In this document: positions 10,097 through 19,894 of the stretch, piece by piece
Layout: each line of letters starts with the position of its first letter
Position numbering within the stretch: the first letter of the stretch is position 1
NCBI GenBank assembly: GCA_002438845.1
Contig: DJRG01000042.1
Coordinates: forward strand, 18,899 to 82,898
Source: Bacteroidales bacterium UBA6366
GTDB lineage: Bacteria > Bacteroidota > Bacteroidia > Bacteroidales > UBA932
Length of the DNA stretch: 64,000 nucleotides
Reading direction: 5' to 3'
Made by a program: the position numbers and the translations under genes
The notes under the pieces: generated by a model
What the model was told of the DNA's origin: nothing
Databases searched by the model: none
What the model saw: only the letters and a program-made list of their open reading frames with translations

Positions 10097-10527
10097 TAGT
10101 TCTGCCCTTTTTTAGCAAGCATCTCCTTGGCCTCGACAGTAAGCGTCGCATGAGGGACAAGACGGAGCCTCTCCTTAGGAATAAGCTTTCCGGTCTCCCG
10201 GCATATTCCATAGGTCTTGTTCTCAATGCGCACGAGAGCGGCCTCAAGACTCTGGATGAACTTGTACTGCCTCTGCGCGAGCTGACTGGCCTCTTCCTTT
10301 GACAGCTGATAGGCGCCGTCATCCTCCACCGTCTTGAAAGACGGAGTGGTGTCCTCGATGTCGTTGCTGCCATTGTGCATAATCACCCTACGCAGTGTGT
10401 TGTACTCTTTTCTTGCCTTGTCAAGCATATCATTGATGATGGTACGGAACTCCTCAAGTTCCTCATCACTGTAACGAACTTTCGTCGTCTCGGCGGGAGT
10501 CGCGTTGTCTTTGATCAACTCTGACAT
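10096..10527 (-). CDS. dksA: TraR/DksA family regulator
   Basis: Coiled coil then ALVRIENKTYGICRETGKLIPKERLRLVPHATL; ileS-dksA-lspA synteny. Confidence 0.9.
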   Translation of the reverse strand: MSELIKDNATPAETTKVRYSDEELEEFRTIINDMLDKARKEYNTLRRVIMHNGSNDIEDTTPSFKTVEDDGAYQLSKEEASQLAQRQYKFIQSLEAALVRIENKTYGICRETGKLIPKERLRLVPHATLTVEAKEMLAKKGQN

Positions 10528-10553
10528 AGTGTAAACAATATTTAGGTCTAAAA

Positions 10554-13500
10554 TTATCTTGAAAGAACCATCTTGACAGATCCTTCATCCCACTCTACAT
10601 CGGAAGCGCCTTCCGGAGCATCCTTGCCAAGCGTGACGGAAAGGGCAAGGGTCTGGGCGGATATGTAATCCTTATAGGCTTCAAGAGCGGCAGCGATGTC
10701 ATCATAGGCGGCGCCATCCGCGAAAATCTCGACATCAATCTTGTCCGTCACCCCGAACCCACTGTCCTTCCTCAGATTCTGGATCCTGTTGATGAGCTCA
10801 CGAGCCACACCTTCCTTCTTCAGCTCATCAGAGATCTGAATATCAAGGGCTATGGTCAGCTGCCCCTCAGTGGCGACAAGCCAACCCGGCATGTCCTCGG
10901 ACGAAATCTCGTAGTCACCAGGCTTGAGTTCAACAACTCCGGAAGGAAGTTCCACTGAATATGCCAGCCCGGCGACCTCGGCGTTCTGTATGGCTGAGAT
11001 CGTGGCTTGATCGAATCCGGCGAACGCACCCGCGATCTCCTTCATCTGCTTGCCATAGACTTTGCCGAGAGTCTTGAAGTTCGGCTTGATCTTCTTGGTG
11101 ATGATGCCGGTTGTGTCCGAGATGAACTCGGCCTCCTTGACATTCACCTCATTCAGGATAATGGACTTAACCTGCTCCAGTTGTTCCCTGACCTTAGCGG
11201 AGAGCACAGGGATGATGAGTTTCTGGAGCGGCTGGCGAACCTTGATGGAGACCTTGCGGCGAAGCGCCAGCACCATCGAGGTGGCCTTTTGAGCCAGATT
11301 CATTCTCTCTTCGAGGTCCGTGTCTATGACAGTCTCGTCGCAAGACGGCATATTCACATAATGTACCGACTCCGCGCCGTCCGGAACAAGATCCAGATAG
11401 AGTCTGTCCATGTAGAACGGAGCGATCGGAGCGCCGAGCACGGCGACATCCACCAGCACTTCGTAAAGGGTCTGGTAAGCGGCGAGTTTGTCCTCATCCA
11501 TCTTCCCTCCCCAGAAACGTTTCCTGTTCAGACGCACGTACCAGTTGCTCAGATCATCACAGACGAAATCCTGAATCAGACGGCCGGCGGCGGTGATGTC
11601 ATAATCCTCATAGGCAGCCACAGCCTTCTTTTTCAATGTGTTGAGCAGCGAGATGATCCAACGGTCGATCTCCGGTCTCTTTGAATATTCCACCTTCGCC
11701 GCTTTCGGATCAAAGCCATCAACATTGGCATAGAGGGCAAAGAATGAATATGTGTTATAAAGCGTCCCGAAGAATTTTCTGCGAACCTCATCCACACCTG
11801 CCTCATCAAACTTGAGGTTGTCCCAAGGCTGGGCGTTGGTCAGCATGTACCACCTGAGGGCGTCGGCCCCGTACTTGTCCAGTTCCTCGAACGGATCCAC
11901 CGCATTGCCAAGACGCTTGCTCATCTTGTTGCCGTTCTTGTCCAGAACCAAGCCGTTGGAAATAACTGTCTTGTAGGCAGGGGTTCCGCTGATCATCGTG
12001 TGGATGGCGTGAAGAGTGTAGAACCAGCCTCTTGTCTGGTCAACACCCTCGGCGATGAAGTCAGCCGTGCAGCCGAACTTCGGAGAGTTCAGGCCACGAA
12101 GTCCCTCCTGGGCATAAGGCATCGCGCCGGAGTCGAACCAAACATCGATCAAGTCGGTCTCACGGGTCATCTTCTTGCCGGAAGGGCTGACAAGGAATAT
12201 GTTATCGACATAAGGCCTGTGGAGATCAATCTTATCGTAATTCTCTTTGCTCATATCCTTAGGGTCGAATCCCTTGTCCTTGAACGGATTGCTCGTCATG
12301 AATCCAGCCTCCACAGCCTTGTCGATCTCGGCGTAGAGCTGGGCGATCGTGCCGATGCAGATCTCCTCCTTGCCGTCCTCGGTGCGCCAGATCGGGAGCG
12401 GAGTGCCCCAGAAGCGGCTGCGGCTCAGGTTCCAGTCCTGGATGTTCTCAAGCCACTGGCCGAAACGGCCTGTACCCGTGGATTCAGGCTTCCAGGTTAT
12501 GGTCTTGTTCAGTGCGACCATCTCGTCCTTCACAGCCGTGGTCTTGATGAACCAAGCGTCAAGAGGATAATAAAGGACAGGCTTGTCGGTCCTCCAGCTG
12601 TGAGGATAGCTGTGGGTCTGCTTCTGGATCCTGAACACCCTGCCATCCTCTTTCATCATCATGCAGAGATCAACATCAAGAGTAGGGGCATCGGCAGGAA
12701 GAGAGTCATCGAAAGCGTTCTTCACGTAGCGGCCGGCATATTCCTTATAAGAAGGGTCGACGTGTGTGCGGACATATTCAGGATCAAGATCCTCGACCGG
12801 GTAGAAGCGCCCGTCGTGATCCACCTGTGCCTGACGCTTGCCGTCCTTGTCAAGGACCATCATTCCCGGCACTCCGAAGTTGGCGGCGACCTTCTTGTCG
12901 TCTGCTCCGAAAGTCGGGGCGATGTGGACAATGCCGGTACCGTCCTCGGTCGTGACATAGTCCCCGGAGATCACCCTGAACGGCTCGCCCTCCTCAACCG
13001 GTTTGAACCAAGGAATCAGCTGCTTGTAACGGATTCCGACAAGGTCTGCACCCTTGAATGAGCCTTCAAGCACCTTGTAAGGCACGAGTTTGTCACCAGG
13101 CTTGTAACTCTCAAGCGGAATGTCAGCGGCCTTAGGATTGAACCAAGCACCCACCAAGTCCTTGGCCAACACGTAGATGGCCTCCTTTCCCGTGTAAGGG
13201 TTGAAGGAAAGGACACGGACATATTCATACTTAGGTCCCACGCAGAGCGCGGTGTTTGAAGGGAGTGTCCACGGGGTTGTGGTCCAGGCGAGGAAATAGA
13301 CCGGGAAAGCCTCCGTCCCGAAGAGAGGCTGCGACTTTCCGTCCTTGATGACCTCGAACTGCACGGTTGCCGTCGTGTCGGTAACGTCCTTGTAGCAGCC
13401 TGGCTGGTTCAGCTCATGCGAACTGAGACCGGTGCCATCGGAAGGTGAATATGGCTGAATGGAGTACCCTTTGTAGAGTAGTCCTTTGTCGTAAATCTTC

Positions 13501-13991
13501 TTCAACAGGTACCAAAGGGTCTCGATGTAGCGGTTGTCGTAGGTGATGTACGGATCGTTCATGTCAACCCAGTAGCCGACACGCTCGGTCATGTTCACCC
13601 ATTCCGCCGTGTACTTCATCACCTCACTGCGGCAGGTCTTGTTGTATTCCTCAACGGAAATCTTCGTTCCGATGTCGTCCTTATGTATGCCCAGTTTCTT
13701 TTCCACTCCGATCTCCACCGGAAGTCCGTGGGTGTCCCATCCGGCGCGGCGGTTCACCTTGTACCCGGACTGGGTCTTGAATCGGCAGATCGCGTCCTTG
13801 ATGGAGCGTGCCATAACGTGATGGATTCCCGGCTTGCCGTTGGCGGAAGGTGGTCCCTCGAAGAATATGAACTCAGGTGCCCCCTCCCTGACCTCAAGGG
13901 ATTTCTCGAACGCGTGATTCTTTTTCCACCTGTCGAGAACCTCATTCCCGACAGAAACCAGATCAAGGCCTTTGTACTCTTTGAATGTCAT
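10554..13991 (-). CDS. ileS: Isoleucine--tRNA ligase (type 2)
   Basis: EGPPSANGKPGIHH, WTTTPWTLP, DWNLSRSRFWG, EGVDQTRGWF, KMSKR; TATCTTTG promoter at 14054-14061 argues for start 13991. Confidence 0.98.
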   Translation of the reverse strand: MTFKEYKGLDLVSVGNEVLDRWKKNHAFEKSLEVREGAPEFIFFEGPPSANGKPGIHHVMARSIKDAICRFKTQSGYKVNRRAGWDTHGLPVEIGVEKKLGIHKDDIGTKISVEEYNKTCRSEVMKYTAEWVNMTERVGYWVDMNDPYITYDNRYIETLWYLLKKIYDKGLLYKGYSIQPYSPSDGTGLSSHELNQPGCYKDVTDTTATVQFEVIKDGKSQPLFGTEAFPVYFLAWTTTPWTLPSNTALCVGPKYEYVRVLSFNPYTGKEAIYVLAKDLVGAWFNPKAADIPLESYKPGDKLVPYKVLEGSFKGADLVGIRYKQLIPWFKPVEEGEPFRVISGDYVTTEDGTGIVHIAPTFGADDKKVAANFGVPGMMVLDKDGKRQAQVDHDGRFYPVEDLDPEYVRTHVDPSYKEYAGRYVKNAFDDSLPADAPTLDVDLCMMMKEDGRVFRIQKQTHSYPHSWRTDKPVLYYPLDAWFIKTTAVKDEMVALNKTITWKPESTGTGRFGQWLENIQDWNLSRSRFWGTPLPIWRTEDGKEEICIGTIAQLYAEIDKAVEAGFMTSNPFKDKGFDPKDMSKENYDKIDLHRPYVDNIFLVSPSGKKMTRETDLIDVWFDSGAMPYAQEGLRGLNSPKFGCTADFIAEGVDQTRGWFYTLHAIHTMISGTPAYKTVISNGLVLDKNGNKMSKRLGNAVDPFEELDKYGADALRWYMLTNAQPWDNLKFDEAGVDEVRRKFFGTLYNTYSFFALYANVDGFDPKAAKVEYSKRPEIDRWIISLLNTLKKKAVAAYEDYDITAAGRLIQDFVCDDLSNWYVRLNRKRFWGGKMDEDKLAAYQTLYEVLVDVAVLGAPIAPFYMDRLYLDLVPDGAESVHYVNMPSCDETVIDTDLEERMNLAQKATSMVLALRRKVSIKVRQPLQKLIIPVLSAKVREQLEQVKSIILNEVNVKEAEFISDTTGIITKKIKPNFKTLGKVYGKQMKEIAGAFAGFDQATISAIQNAEVAGLAYSVELPSGVVELKPGDYEISSEDMPGWLVATEGQLTIALDIQISDELKKEGVARELINRIQNLRKDSGFGVTDKIDVEIFADGAAYDDIAAALEAYKDYISAQTLALSVTLGKDAPEGASDVEWDEGSVKMVLSR

Positions 13992-14095
13992 AATTTTCTT
14001 TCTATTTTTGCATCCGAAAAAGCACGAATCCTCTCCGGACGCATTCAAGTCTGCAAAGATAGTGATTTCCGTGTTTTTTATCAAATAGGTAGTAG

Positions 14096-14590
14096 ATGAA
14101 TGTAATAGACATCATAATCCTTCTTTGCTGTGTGCCAGCCATATTCCGTGGCGTCACCAAAGGATTCATCGCCCAGGCGGCCGCCCTTGTGGCCTTGGTG
14201 CTTGGCGCATGGATGTCCTTTCATTTTTCCGGTGTGGTCGTGGAATGGCTCAAACCGGCGATGGACTTTTCTCCCGCAGTGCTTCAGGCGATAGCCTTCA
14301 CACTCATCCTGCTTGCCGTTTTCTTCGCCCTCACACTGGCCGGGAAAATGTTGGAAGGCATCGTGAAAATCGTGATGTTAGGGTGGCTGAACAAGCTTCT
14401 CGGGGTGGTCTTCGCCCTCTTGAAAGTCATTCTCACGATAGGTTTGCTCATCCTACTTTTTGATTCCGTCGCCAAGGCGCTTGAGATTGATTGTTCGAAG
14501 ACAATAGGCGAATCCCTTTTCTACACTCCGATCAAGGATTTCGCCGATGTCTTCTTCCCTTACATGAAAGAATTGATATTCAACAAATAA
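14096..14590 (+). CDS. CvpA / colicin V production family membrane protein
   Basis: MNVIDIIIL..RGVTKGFI, LGWLNKLLGVVF. Confidence 0.9.
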   Translation: MNVIDIIILLCCVPAIFRGVTKGFIAQAAALVALVLGAWMSFHFSGVVVEWLKPAMDFSPAVLQAIAFTLILLAVFFALTLAGKMLEGIVKIVMLGWLNKLLGVVFALLKVILTIGLLILLFDSVAKALEIDCSKTIGESLFYTPIKDFADVFFPYMKELIFNK

Positions 14591-15282
14591 TGAATAGAGT
14601 AATCCTAATAGAGACATCCACTTCCATTTGCTCCACAGCCCTTGTGGAAGACGGGACGGTTGTATGCGAGAGGATCAGTGACGAGCCAAGGGCGCACGCC
14701 TCGAAGACAGCGCTGTTCGTCAGCGAGATGCTCTCCGAAAAAGGGCTGAAAGTCTCTGATTGCGATGCGGTGGCCGTCAGCAAGGGGCCAGGATCCTATA
14801 CCGGACTTAGGGTCGGAGTATCGACCGCCAAAGGACTCTGTTTCGGGGCCGGAATCCCGATGATCTCCGTCGGAACGCTTGACACCCTCGCCTGGCAGGC
14901 ATTGGACGGGAATATGCTCCCGAAGGGCTGCCGCTACATCATTCCTATGATTGACGCCCGAAGGATGGAGGTCTACACGGGGATATTCACTCCTGACGGC
15001 AGGCAGGTCTCCCCCACCGTGGCGCAGATAATTGACGCGGAATCGTTCAAGGCACAGCTTGAGGAAGGCCCCGTACTTTTCATAGGTGACGGTGCCGACA
15101 AATGCAAGGTCACCATAACCAGCCCTAACGCCCATTTCATCCAATGCTGCCCGAAAGCGGCGTCAATGGCACGTCCTGCCACAGAAGCCCTGATCGGGAA
15201 AAGGTTCGAGGACGTGGCCTATTTCGAGCCGTTCTACCTCAAGGAGTTCATCACTACATTAAGCAAGAAAAAGATTATTTAA
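14590..15282 (+). CDS. tsaB: tRNA t6A37 biosynthesis protein TsaB
   Basis: ILIETSTSICS, GPGSYTGLRVG, PMIDARRMEVY, FEPFYLK; ATG overlaps cvpA stop. Confidence 0.96.
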   Translation: MNRVILIETSTSICSTALVEDGTVVCERISDEPRAHASKTALFVSEMLSEKGLKVSDCDAVAVSKGPGSYTGLRVGVSTAKGLCFGAGIPMISVGTLDTLAWQALDGNMLPKGCRYIIPMIDARRMEVYTGIFTPDGRQVSPTVAQIIDAESFKAQLEEGPVLFIGDGADKCKVTITSPNAHFIQCCPKAASMARPATEALIGKRFEDVAYFEPFYLKEFITTLSKKKII

Positions 15283-15295
15283 ATTATTGAATATT

Positions 15296-15730
15296 ATGAA
15301 ATTCGGTGTTGCCAGCGATCACGCTGGATTCGAGTACAAGCAAAAGATAGCCGCCTTGCTCAGAAAGAAGGGCTACGAGGTCGTTGATTATGGAACATAT
15401 TCAGAGGAAAGTTGCGACTACTCTGATTTCGGCCACGCTCTCGGCTCGGCCATCGACAATGGTGACGTTGACCTGGGAGTGGCGTTCTGCGGGTCCGGGA
15501 ACGGAATCTCAATGACGCTTAACAAGCATCAGAAAGTTCGCGCGGCCCTTTGCTGGGGGACCGAGCTGGCACGTCTGGCCAAGGCCCACAACAACGCCAA
15601 CGTGCTCGTCATGCCGGCACGGTTCATTTCATACCAGATGGCGACCACGATCCTTAACAAGTGGCTGACCACCGAATTCGAGGGTGGCAGGCACGAGCGC
15701 CGCATCGAGAAGATTCCGCTTTGCAAATAA
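15296..15730 (+). CDS. rpiB: Ribose-5-phosphate isomerase B
   Basis: ASDHAG, CGSGNG, HNNANVL, FEGGRHERR. Confidence 0.96.
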   Translation: MKFGVASDHAGFEYKQKIAALLRKKGYEVVDYGTYSEESCDYSDFGHALGSAIDNGDVDLGVAFCGSGNGISMTLNKHQKVRAALCWGTELARLAKAHNNANVLVMPARFISYQMATTILNKWLTTEFEGGRHERRIEKIPLCK

Positions 15731-16626
15731 GCAGGCCCTTGGAAATAAAAGCATTAATAGCGGACAGGAATTTTCTTCCGGGCAATTCCCGGCTCTCGGA
15801 GAGCATCGAGGACTACCCGGAAGGGATTATCATCCCCATCGACAAGCCTTACAGATGGACCTCCGCCGATGTCATCCGCAAGGTAAAGTGGGCGGCATGC
15901 AGGCATTTCCACAAGAAAAACCTGAAGGTCGGGCATGCGGGCACTCTTGATCCGTTGGCGACCGGCGTGTTGCTCGTCTGCATCGGGAAGGCCACCAAAC
16001 TGGCGGAGACCCTTCAGAAAGAGGGTAAGGAATATCTCGCCGGCGTCTCATTCGGAGCCACGACCCCATCCTACGACCTGGAAAAGGCCATTGACAAGGA
16101 ATATCCCACCGACAGCGTCACTGAGGAGTCAATCCGCAGCGTGCTGCCACGGTTCCTTGGAGAACAGGAACAGATCGCTCCTTTGTTCTCAGCCAAGTCG
16201 GTCGACGGTGTCAGGGCCTACGAGCTCGCCAGAAAGCAGTACAAGGAAGCTCATAAAGAGAAAACTGATGTCATGACGGACTTCGACCACACGGTGGCCG
16301 AGACGCTCAACAAGCAGGTGATCAACATTTTCGAAATAGAACTCGTGTCGTTCCACCACGAGGGGAAAGAGACAATGCCGGAAATCTATGATAAAGACTT
16401 AAGGCCCAACCCTCGGATCAACGTCATCGACACTTCAGAGAAACATTTTCCTCTCGCCGAGATCAGGATTGCCTGCAGCAAAGGCACCTACATCAGGGCT
16501 TTGGCCAGAGACTTGGGCGAAGCACTGGGATCCGGAGCCCATCTGAATTCCTTAAGGCGGACCGCCTCCGGAGGGTTCACAGTAGATTCCGCACTGTCAG
16601 TCAAGATGATAGATACTATTCTTTGA
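15721..16626 (+). CDS. truB: tRNA pseudouridine(55) synthase (start uncertain: TTG 15721 or 15739)
   Basis: DKPYRWTS, KVGHAGTLDPLATG, CSKGTYIRALARDLG, LRRT. Confidence 0.93.
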   Translation: MQISRPLEIKALIADRNFLPGNSRLSESIEDYPEGIIIPIDKPYRWTSADVIRKVKWAACRHFHKKNLKVGHAGTLDPLATGVLLVCIGKATKLAETLQKEGKEYLAGVSFGATTPSYDLEKAIDKEYPTDSVTEESIRSVLPRFLGEQEQIAPLFSAKSVDGVRAYELARKQYKEAHKEKTDVMTDFDHTVAETLNKQVINIFEIELVSFHHEGKETMPEIYDKDLRPNPRINVIDTSEKHFPLAEIRIACSKGTYIRALARDLGEALGSGAHLNSLRRTASGGFTVDSALSVKMIDTIL

Positions 16627-17004
16627 GACTTCCACAACTCCCTTGACCTTGCTGAAATACTTCGCGCTCTCTTCAAGAGTCTTACCGTCTGGAATCCTGA
16701 CTGTCAAGGCGTTTATTATACTATAGTCATAAAGGATCTCTGCGCCTGATTTCACGACAGCTTTTTTGAGCGGTCCTATGCCGACACCTTCGTCATAATA
16801 GATGATCAAAGTGTTAGGGGAATATGCCAGCCCAGCCTGACGAGGCCTTATCGGAGGCATGTTACCTACAGCAGGAATGTCCGGGGAATCATAGGAATCG
16901 ACCCTGGCCAACTGCTTCTCCGTACGGCTGATCGTGCTGCAACCGCATGCCATGCCGATGGCCGCCGCCAGAACAAACGATGTGTCTATAACCTGTCTTG
17001 TCAT
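16597..17004 (-). CDS. Small lipoprotein with subtilase-propeptide (inhibitor I9)-like domain
   Basis: Lipobox ACGC; LIIYYD...GAEILYDYSIINALTVRIP...LEESAKYFSKVKGVVEVSKN resembles S8 prodomains. Confidence 0.6.
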   Translation of the reverse strand: MTRQVIDTSFVLAAAIGMACGCSTISRTEKQLARVDSYDSPDIPAVGNMPPIRPRQAGLAYSPNTLIIYYDEGVGIGPLKKAVVKSGAEILYDYSIINALTVRIPDGKTLEESAKYFSKVKGVVEVSKNSIYHLD

Positions 17005-17016
17005 ACCGCAAAAAAA

Positions 17017-18045
17017 CTATCGGCTATTCCTTACAAGATTGAAGCCAGAAGACGCCCATTCCGACATCGATCCGCCATCATCGTACACAAGATACCCCTC
17101 CAACTCATCCATAGACTCGATGAAACGCTTGGCCTCGTCCAATCCGATCACCATGCAATACGTGGCGTATGCGTCGGCCATCGTGGCATCAGGGGCGACA
17201 ATCGTGGCGCTGAGCAAGGTATGATCCACCGGATAGCCGGTGCGGGGATCTATGGTATGTGAATATTTCCTTCCGTCCTTGATGTAAAACTTACGGTAAT
17301 TGCCAGAAGTGACCACACCGCATCCGCTTCCGTCACCCTGCCATTTTCCGACAAGGCCTTGGCCGCCAAGCTCCATATTCCCGTCCACCGGCATGTCCAC
17401 CCCGATTGTCCACGGTTTGCCTGAAGGATTGAGACCTTCGCAATAGATCTCGCCGATGTTAACAAGCATGTCCTTGACACCGAGCGTGTGGAGATATTCA
17501 GCGATCTTGTCGCAAGTGTAGCCTTGCGCGATGGCATTGAAATTCAGCTTCGGGCGTACACCAGGATTCAGCGGCGACATATTCCCGTCCAACTTGTCCA
17601 TCCCGCAGATTCTTTTCAGGCTGTCAACCTCGGCCGCCGAAGGCAAGGATTCGCTTGTGAAGCCAAAGCCCCAAGCGTCGTAGAGCGGACCGGAAGCCAT
17701 GTCCAAAGCTCCTCCCGTCTCATAGAAAAGTCTTTTCGAAATGGTGAACATTTCCTTGAACATCTCATTCGGGACAACCGGCTCGCCTGAATTGTAACGG
17801 CTAAGCTTCGATCCTTTATTGTAGCCCGACAAGGTAGTGTCCACCATTGTCAGGATGGAATCCACCGCCTTACGGACCTCATTAACATTCAAGCGGCCGT
17901 CAGATCTGAACTTTACTGAATATGTCCCCCCTTGGGCATAGCCGGTCAATTCGTGACAGGAAGCCTTACCGCCACAGGAAACAGCGGCCGACAAGACAAT
18001 GGAACACAGAAGAGTGCTCCAGAATATTCCTAAAATAGTTTTCAT
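17017..18045 (-). CDS. apbE: FAD:protein FMN transferase
   Basis: AQGGTY, NAIAQGY, VNIGE, VTSGNYR, HTIDPRTG, ADAYAT. Confidence 0.94.
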   Translation of the reverse strand: MKTILGIFWSTLLCSIVLSAAVSCGGKASCHELTGYAQGGTYSVKFRSDGRLNVNEVRKAVDSILTMVDTTLSGYNKGSKLSRYNSGEPVVPNEMFKEMFTISKRLFYETGGALDMASGPLYDAWGFGFTSESLPSAAEVDSLKRICGMDKLDGNMSPLNPGVRPKLNFNAIAQGYTCDKIAEYLHTLGVKDMLVNIGEIYCEGLNPSGKPWTIGVDMPVDGNMELGGQGLVGKWQGDGSGCGVVTSGNYRKFYIKDGRKYSHTIDPRTGYPVDHTLLSATIVAPDATMADAYATYCMVIGLDEAKRFIESMDELEGYLVYDDGGSMSEWASSGFNLVRNSR

Positions 18046-18159
18046 CAATGCAATTATAGGCATTTAGTTCCAATTATCAGGCATCATTGGACTAGTTTTT
18101 GCTTAATACCAACCGTTTTTGCGATTTTTATGCGATATTTGCATTTTCAACAGAAAAAG

Positions 18160-19179
18160 ATGAAGATAAAGAGCATTATTCTGATAGGGGTATCCGCGGC
18201 CATGATCGCGCTGCCATCCTGCAAGAAAGATAAAGAGGAATCCTCAACCAAGGAATACCTCACCGGGACCTTGACTTTCACTATGCCTACCTATGTAACA
18301 AAAGGCGAGGCCTTCACCCTGACCCCAAAGGGAGTCACGAATCCAGGGACAGGCTCCGCGGAGGATGTCGGGTTCTACTGGACTTCCTCCTGGGACTCAA
18401 GCAAGGACACGACCAAGACAGAGACCGACAAGAGCGGTGACGGTTCCTACAAATTCACGACACCTTCAAAAGTCGGCAAATTCACAGTCAGTTGCGTGGC
18501 TTTCGCCACCAGTTACTACACGACATCTAACTCTGCCTCGTTCTCCGTCGTTGATCCGGCGCTTGACTCCACAATCACGGGAGCCTACACAAAACTCGAC
18601 CCTGTTTTCACCGACCCGAGGGACGGCTGCCCATACTACACGACCACTTTCAACGGCAAGACTTGGCTGAAAAACAATCTTTACTACTCCGGAGCCGGTG
18701 TCTCCTACGAAAGCAGCGAGGCCATGGACGCTATTTTCGGCCGTTTCTACACTTGGAACGAGGCCGTCAACGCTTGTCCGGAAGGATGGCACCTTCCTTC
18801 TGACGCCGAGTTTGTGGAGATGGCCAACGCCCTCGCCCCGAAAGGGACAGAGTTCTCGGTAAAAGAGACTTTCAGCGGTGTGGCCGGGGGAATGATGGTT
18901 GACGCCAAGTTCCTCGGCACGAGAATGTGGGAGTACTGGCCGCAGGTGAAGATCACCAACAACGCCGGATTTTCAGCCCTTCCTATAGGTTATGCGACGG
19001 ATCCAGGTAAGTCACCAAAATTTACAGGCGTGGATAATTACGCCGTATTCTGGACTTCGGACTCGGAAAGTGACGAACTGGGTTACTGCCGCTACATCTA
19101 TGTGAAACAAAATGATGTACTCATCGGGGCACGGGACAAAGAGTCGTTCCGAGCCTCAGTCAGGTGCGTGAAGGATTAG
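18160..19179 (+). CDS. Lipoprotein with Fibrobacter succinogenes major (FISUMP) domain
   Basis: Lipobox LPSC; FTDPRDG..Y, WLKNNL, GRFYTW, ACPEGWHLPS, GFSALP, SVRCVKD. Confidence 0.9.
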   Translation: MKIKSIILIGVSAAMIALPSCKKDKEESSTKEYLTGTLTFTMPTYVTKGEAFTLTPKGVTNPGTGSAEDVGFYWTSSWDSSKDTTKTETDKSGDGSYKFTTPSKVGKFTVSCVAFATSYYTTSNSASFSVVDPALDSTITGAYTKLDPVFTDPRDGCPYYTTTFNGKTWLKNNLYYSGAGVSYESSEAMDAIFGRFYTWNEAVNACPEGWHLPSDAEFVEMANALAPKGTEFSVKETFSGVAGGMMVDAKFLGTRMWEYWPQVKITNNAGFSALPIGYATDPGKSPKFTGVDNYAVFWTSDSESDELGYCRYIYVKQNDVLIGARDKESFRASVRCVKD

Positions 19180-19199
19180 TCTGCCGATACGTGGGACCG

Positions 19200-19853
19200 C
19201 TATCGCAGATCCGTGACGACATACGAAGAACCAAGAGTCTTTTCGTCAAAGCGGAAAGACTCTTTTGGTTTCACGGCCTCCCCAAATCTGAGATTGGTTA
19301 TCACGAATTCCGACACGGATCCGTCATTCAGCCTTACCTCGGCCCCGACAAGAGTTTCGGTGCCGCTTTTGAAGAACAGCTTGAGCCCGGCGATGTCCAT
19401 CGAGCCTTTTCCCTTATGGACCGGAGACAGGACCGAGGCATCCATCACCTTCCCGCCGAACTTGGAGACCCCGAAAGAGACCTCGCTGAAAGCTTTGTCA
19501 ATAGAGGCTATCATGAGAGCGGGATTCGTGGCATAACTGTCGTAAGAATCGTCAACTGATTCTATCAAAGCCTCTTCAGAGACACGGTCAATCGTCCAGC
19601 GTGTCTTTCCGTCGCACCAGATTTCAAGCCCGTTTCCGTCCACGAAGAATGAGACGCCCTGCACCTCAACCTTTCCGTTCCCTGTCATCTTAGCCTTCTT
19701 CGTGGGCATTGTGAACGAATAATCAAAAGAAACCAGCGAGGCTGAGACCTTGCTGACAAAAGCGTCCAACGTCCCGCTCTTGGCAAGCGAGAGCTGCGGC
19801 AGCGCAAGAAACGCCACCGCCGCGGCAATGAATATTCTTGAGATTGTCTTCAT
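19200..19853 (-). CDS. LolA-like outer-membrane lipoprotein carrier
   Basis: Signal peptide, IWCDGKTRW, NP, C-terminal VVTDLR; follows ftsK as in other Bacteroidetes. Confidence 0.8.
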   Translation of the reverse strand: MKTISRIFIAAAVAFLALPQLSLAKSGTLDAFVSKVSASLVSFDYSFTMPTKKAKMTGNGKVEVQGVSFFVDGNGLEIWCDGKTRWTIDRVSEEALIESVDDSYDSYATNPALMIASIDKAFSEVSFGVSKFGGKVMDASVLSPVHKGKGSMDIAGLKLFFKSGTETLVGAEVRLNDGSVSEFVITNLRFGEAVKPKESFRFDEKTLGSSYVVTDLR

Positions 19854-19894
19854 AATTCTTTAAGTACGAGCACAAGCCGTGCCTCACGGCTTGA

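Noticed and set aside
12000..13061. Long antisense ORFs (also 20474-21385, 26634-27869, 46398-47444, 52215-53363, 59825-60523)
   Set aside because: Shadows of well-supported genes on the opposite strand, expected with GC3-rich codon usage
19873..19893. Hairpin CAAGCCGTG/CACGGCTTG between ftsK and the lolA-like gene
   Set aside because: Short, lacks the REP core; probably an ordinary intercistronic stem
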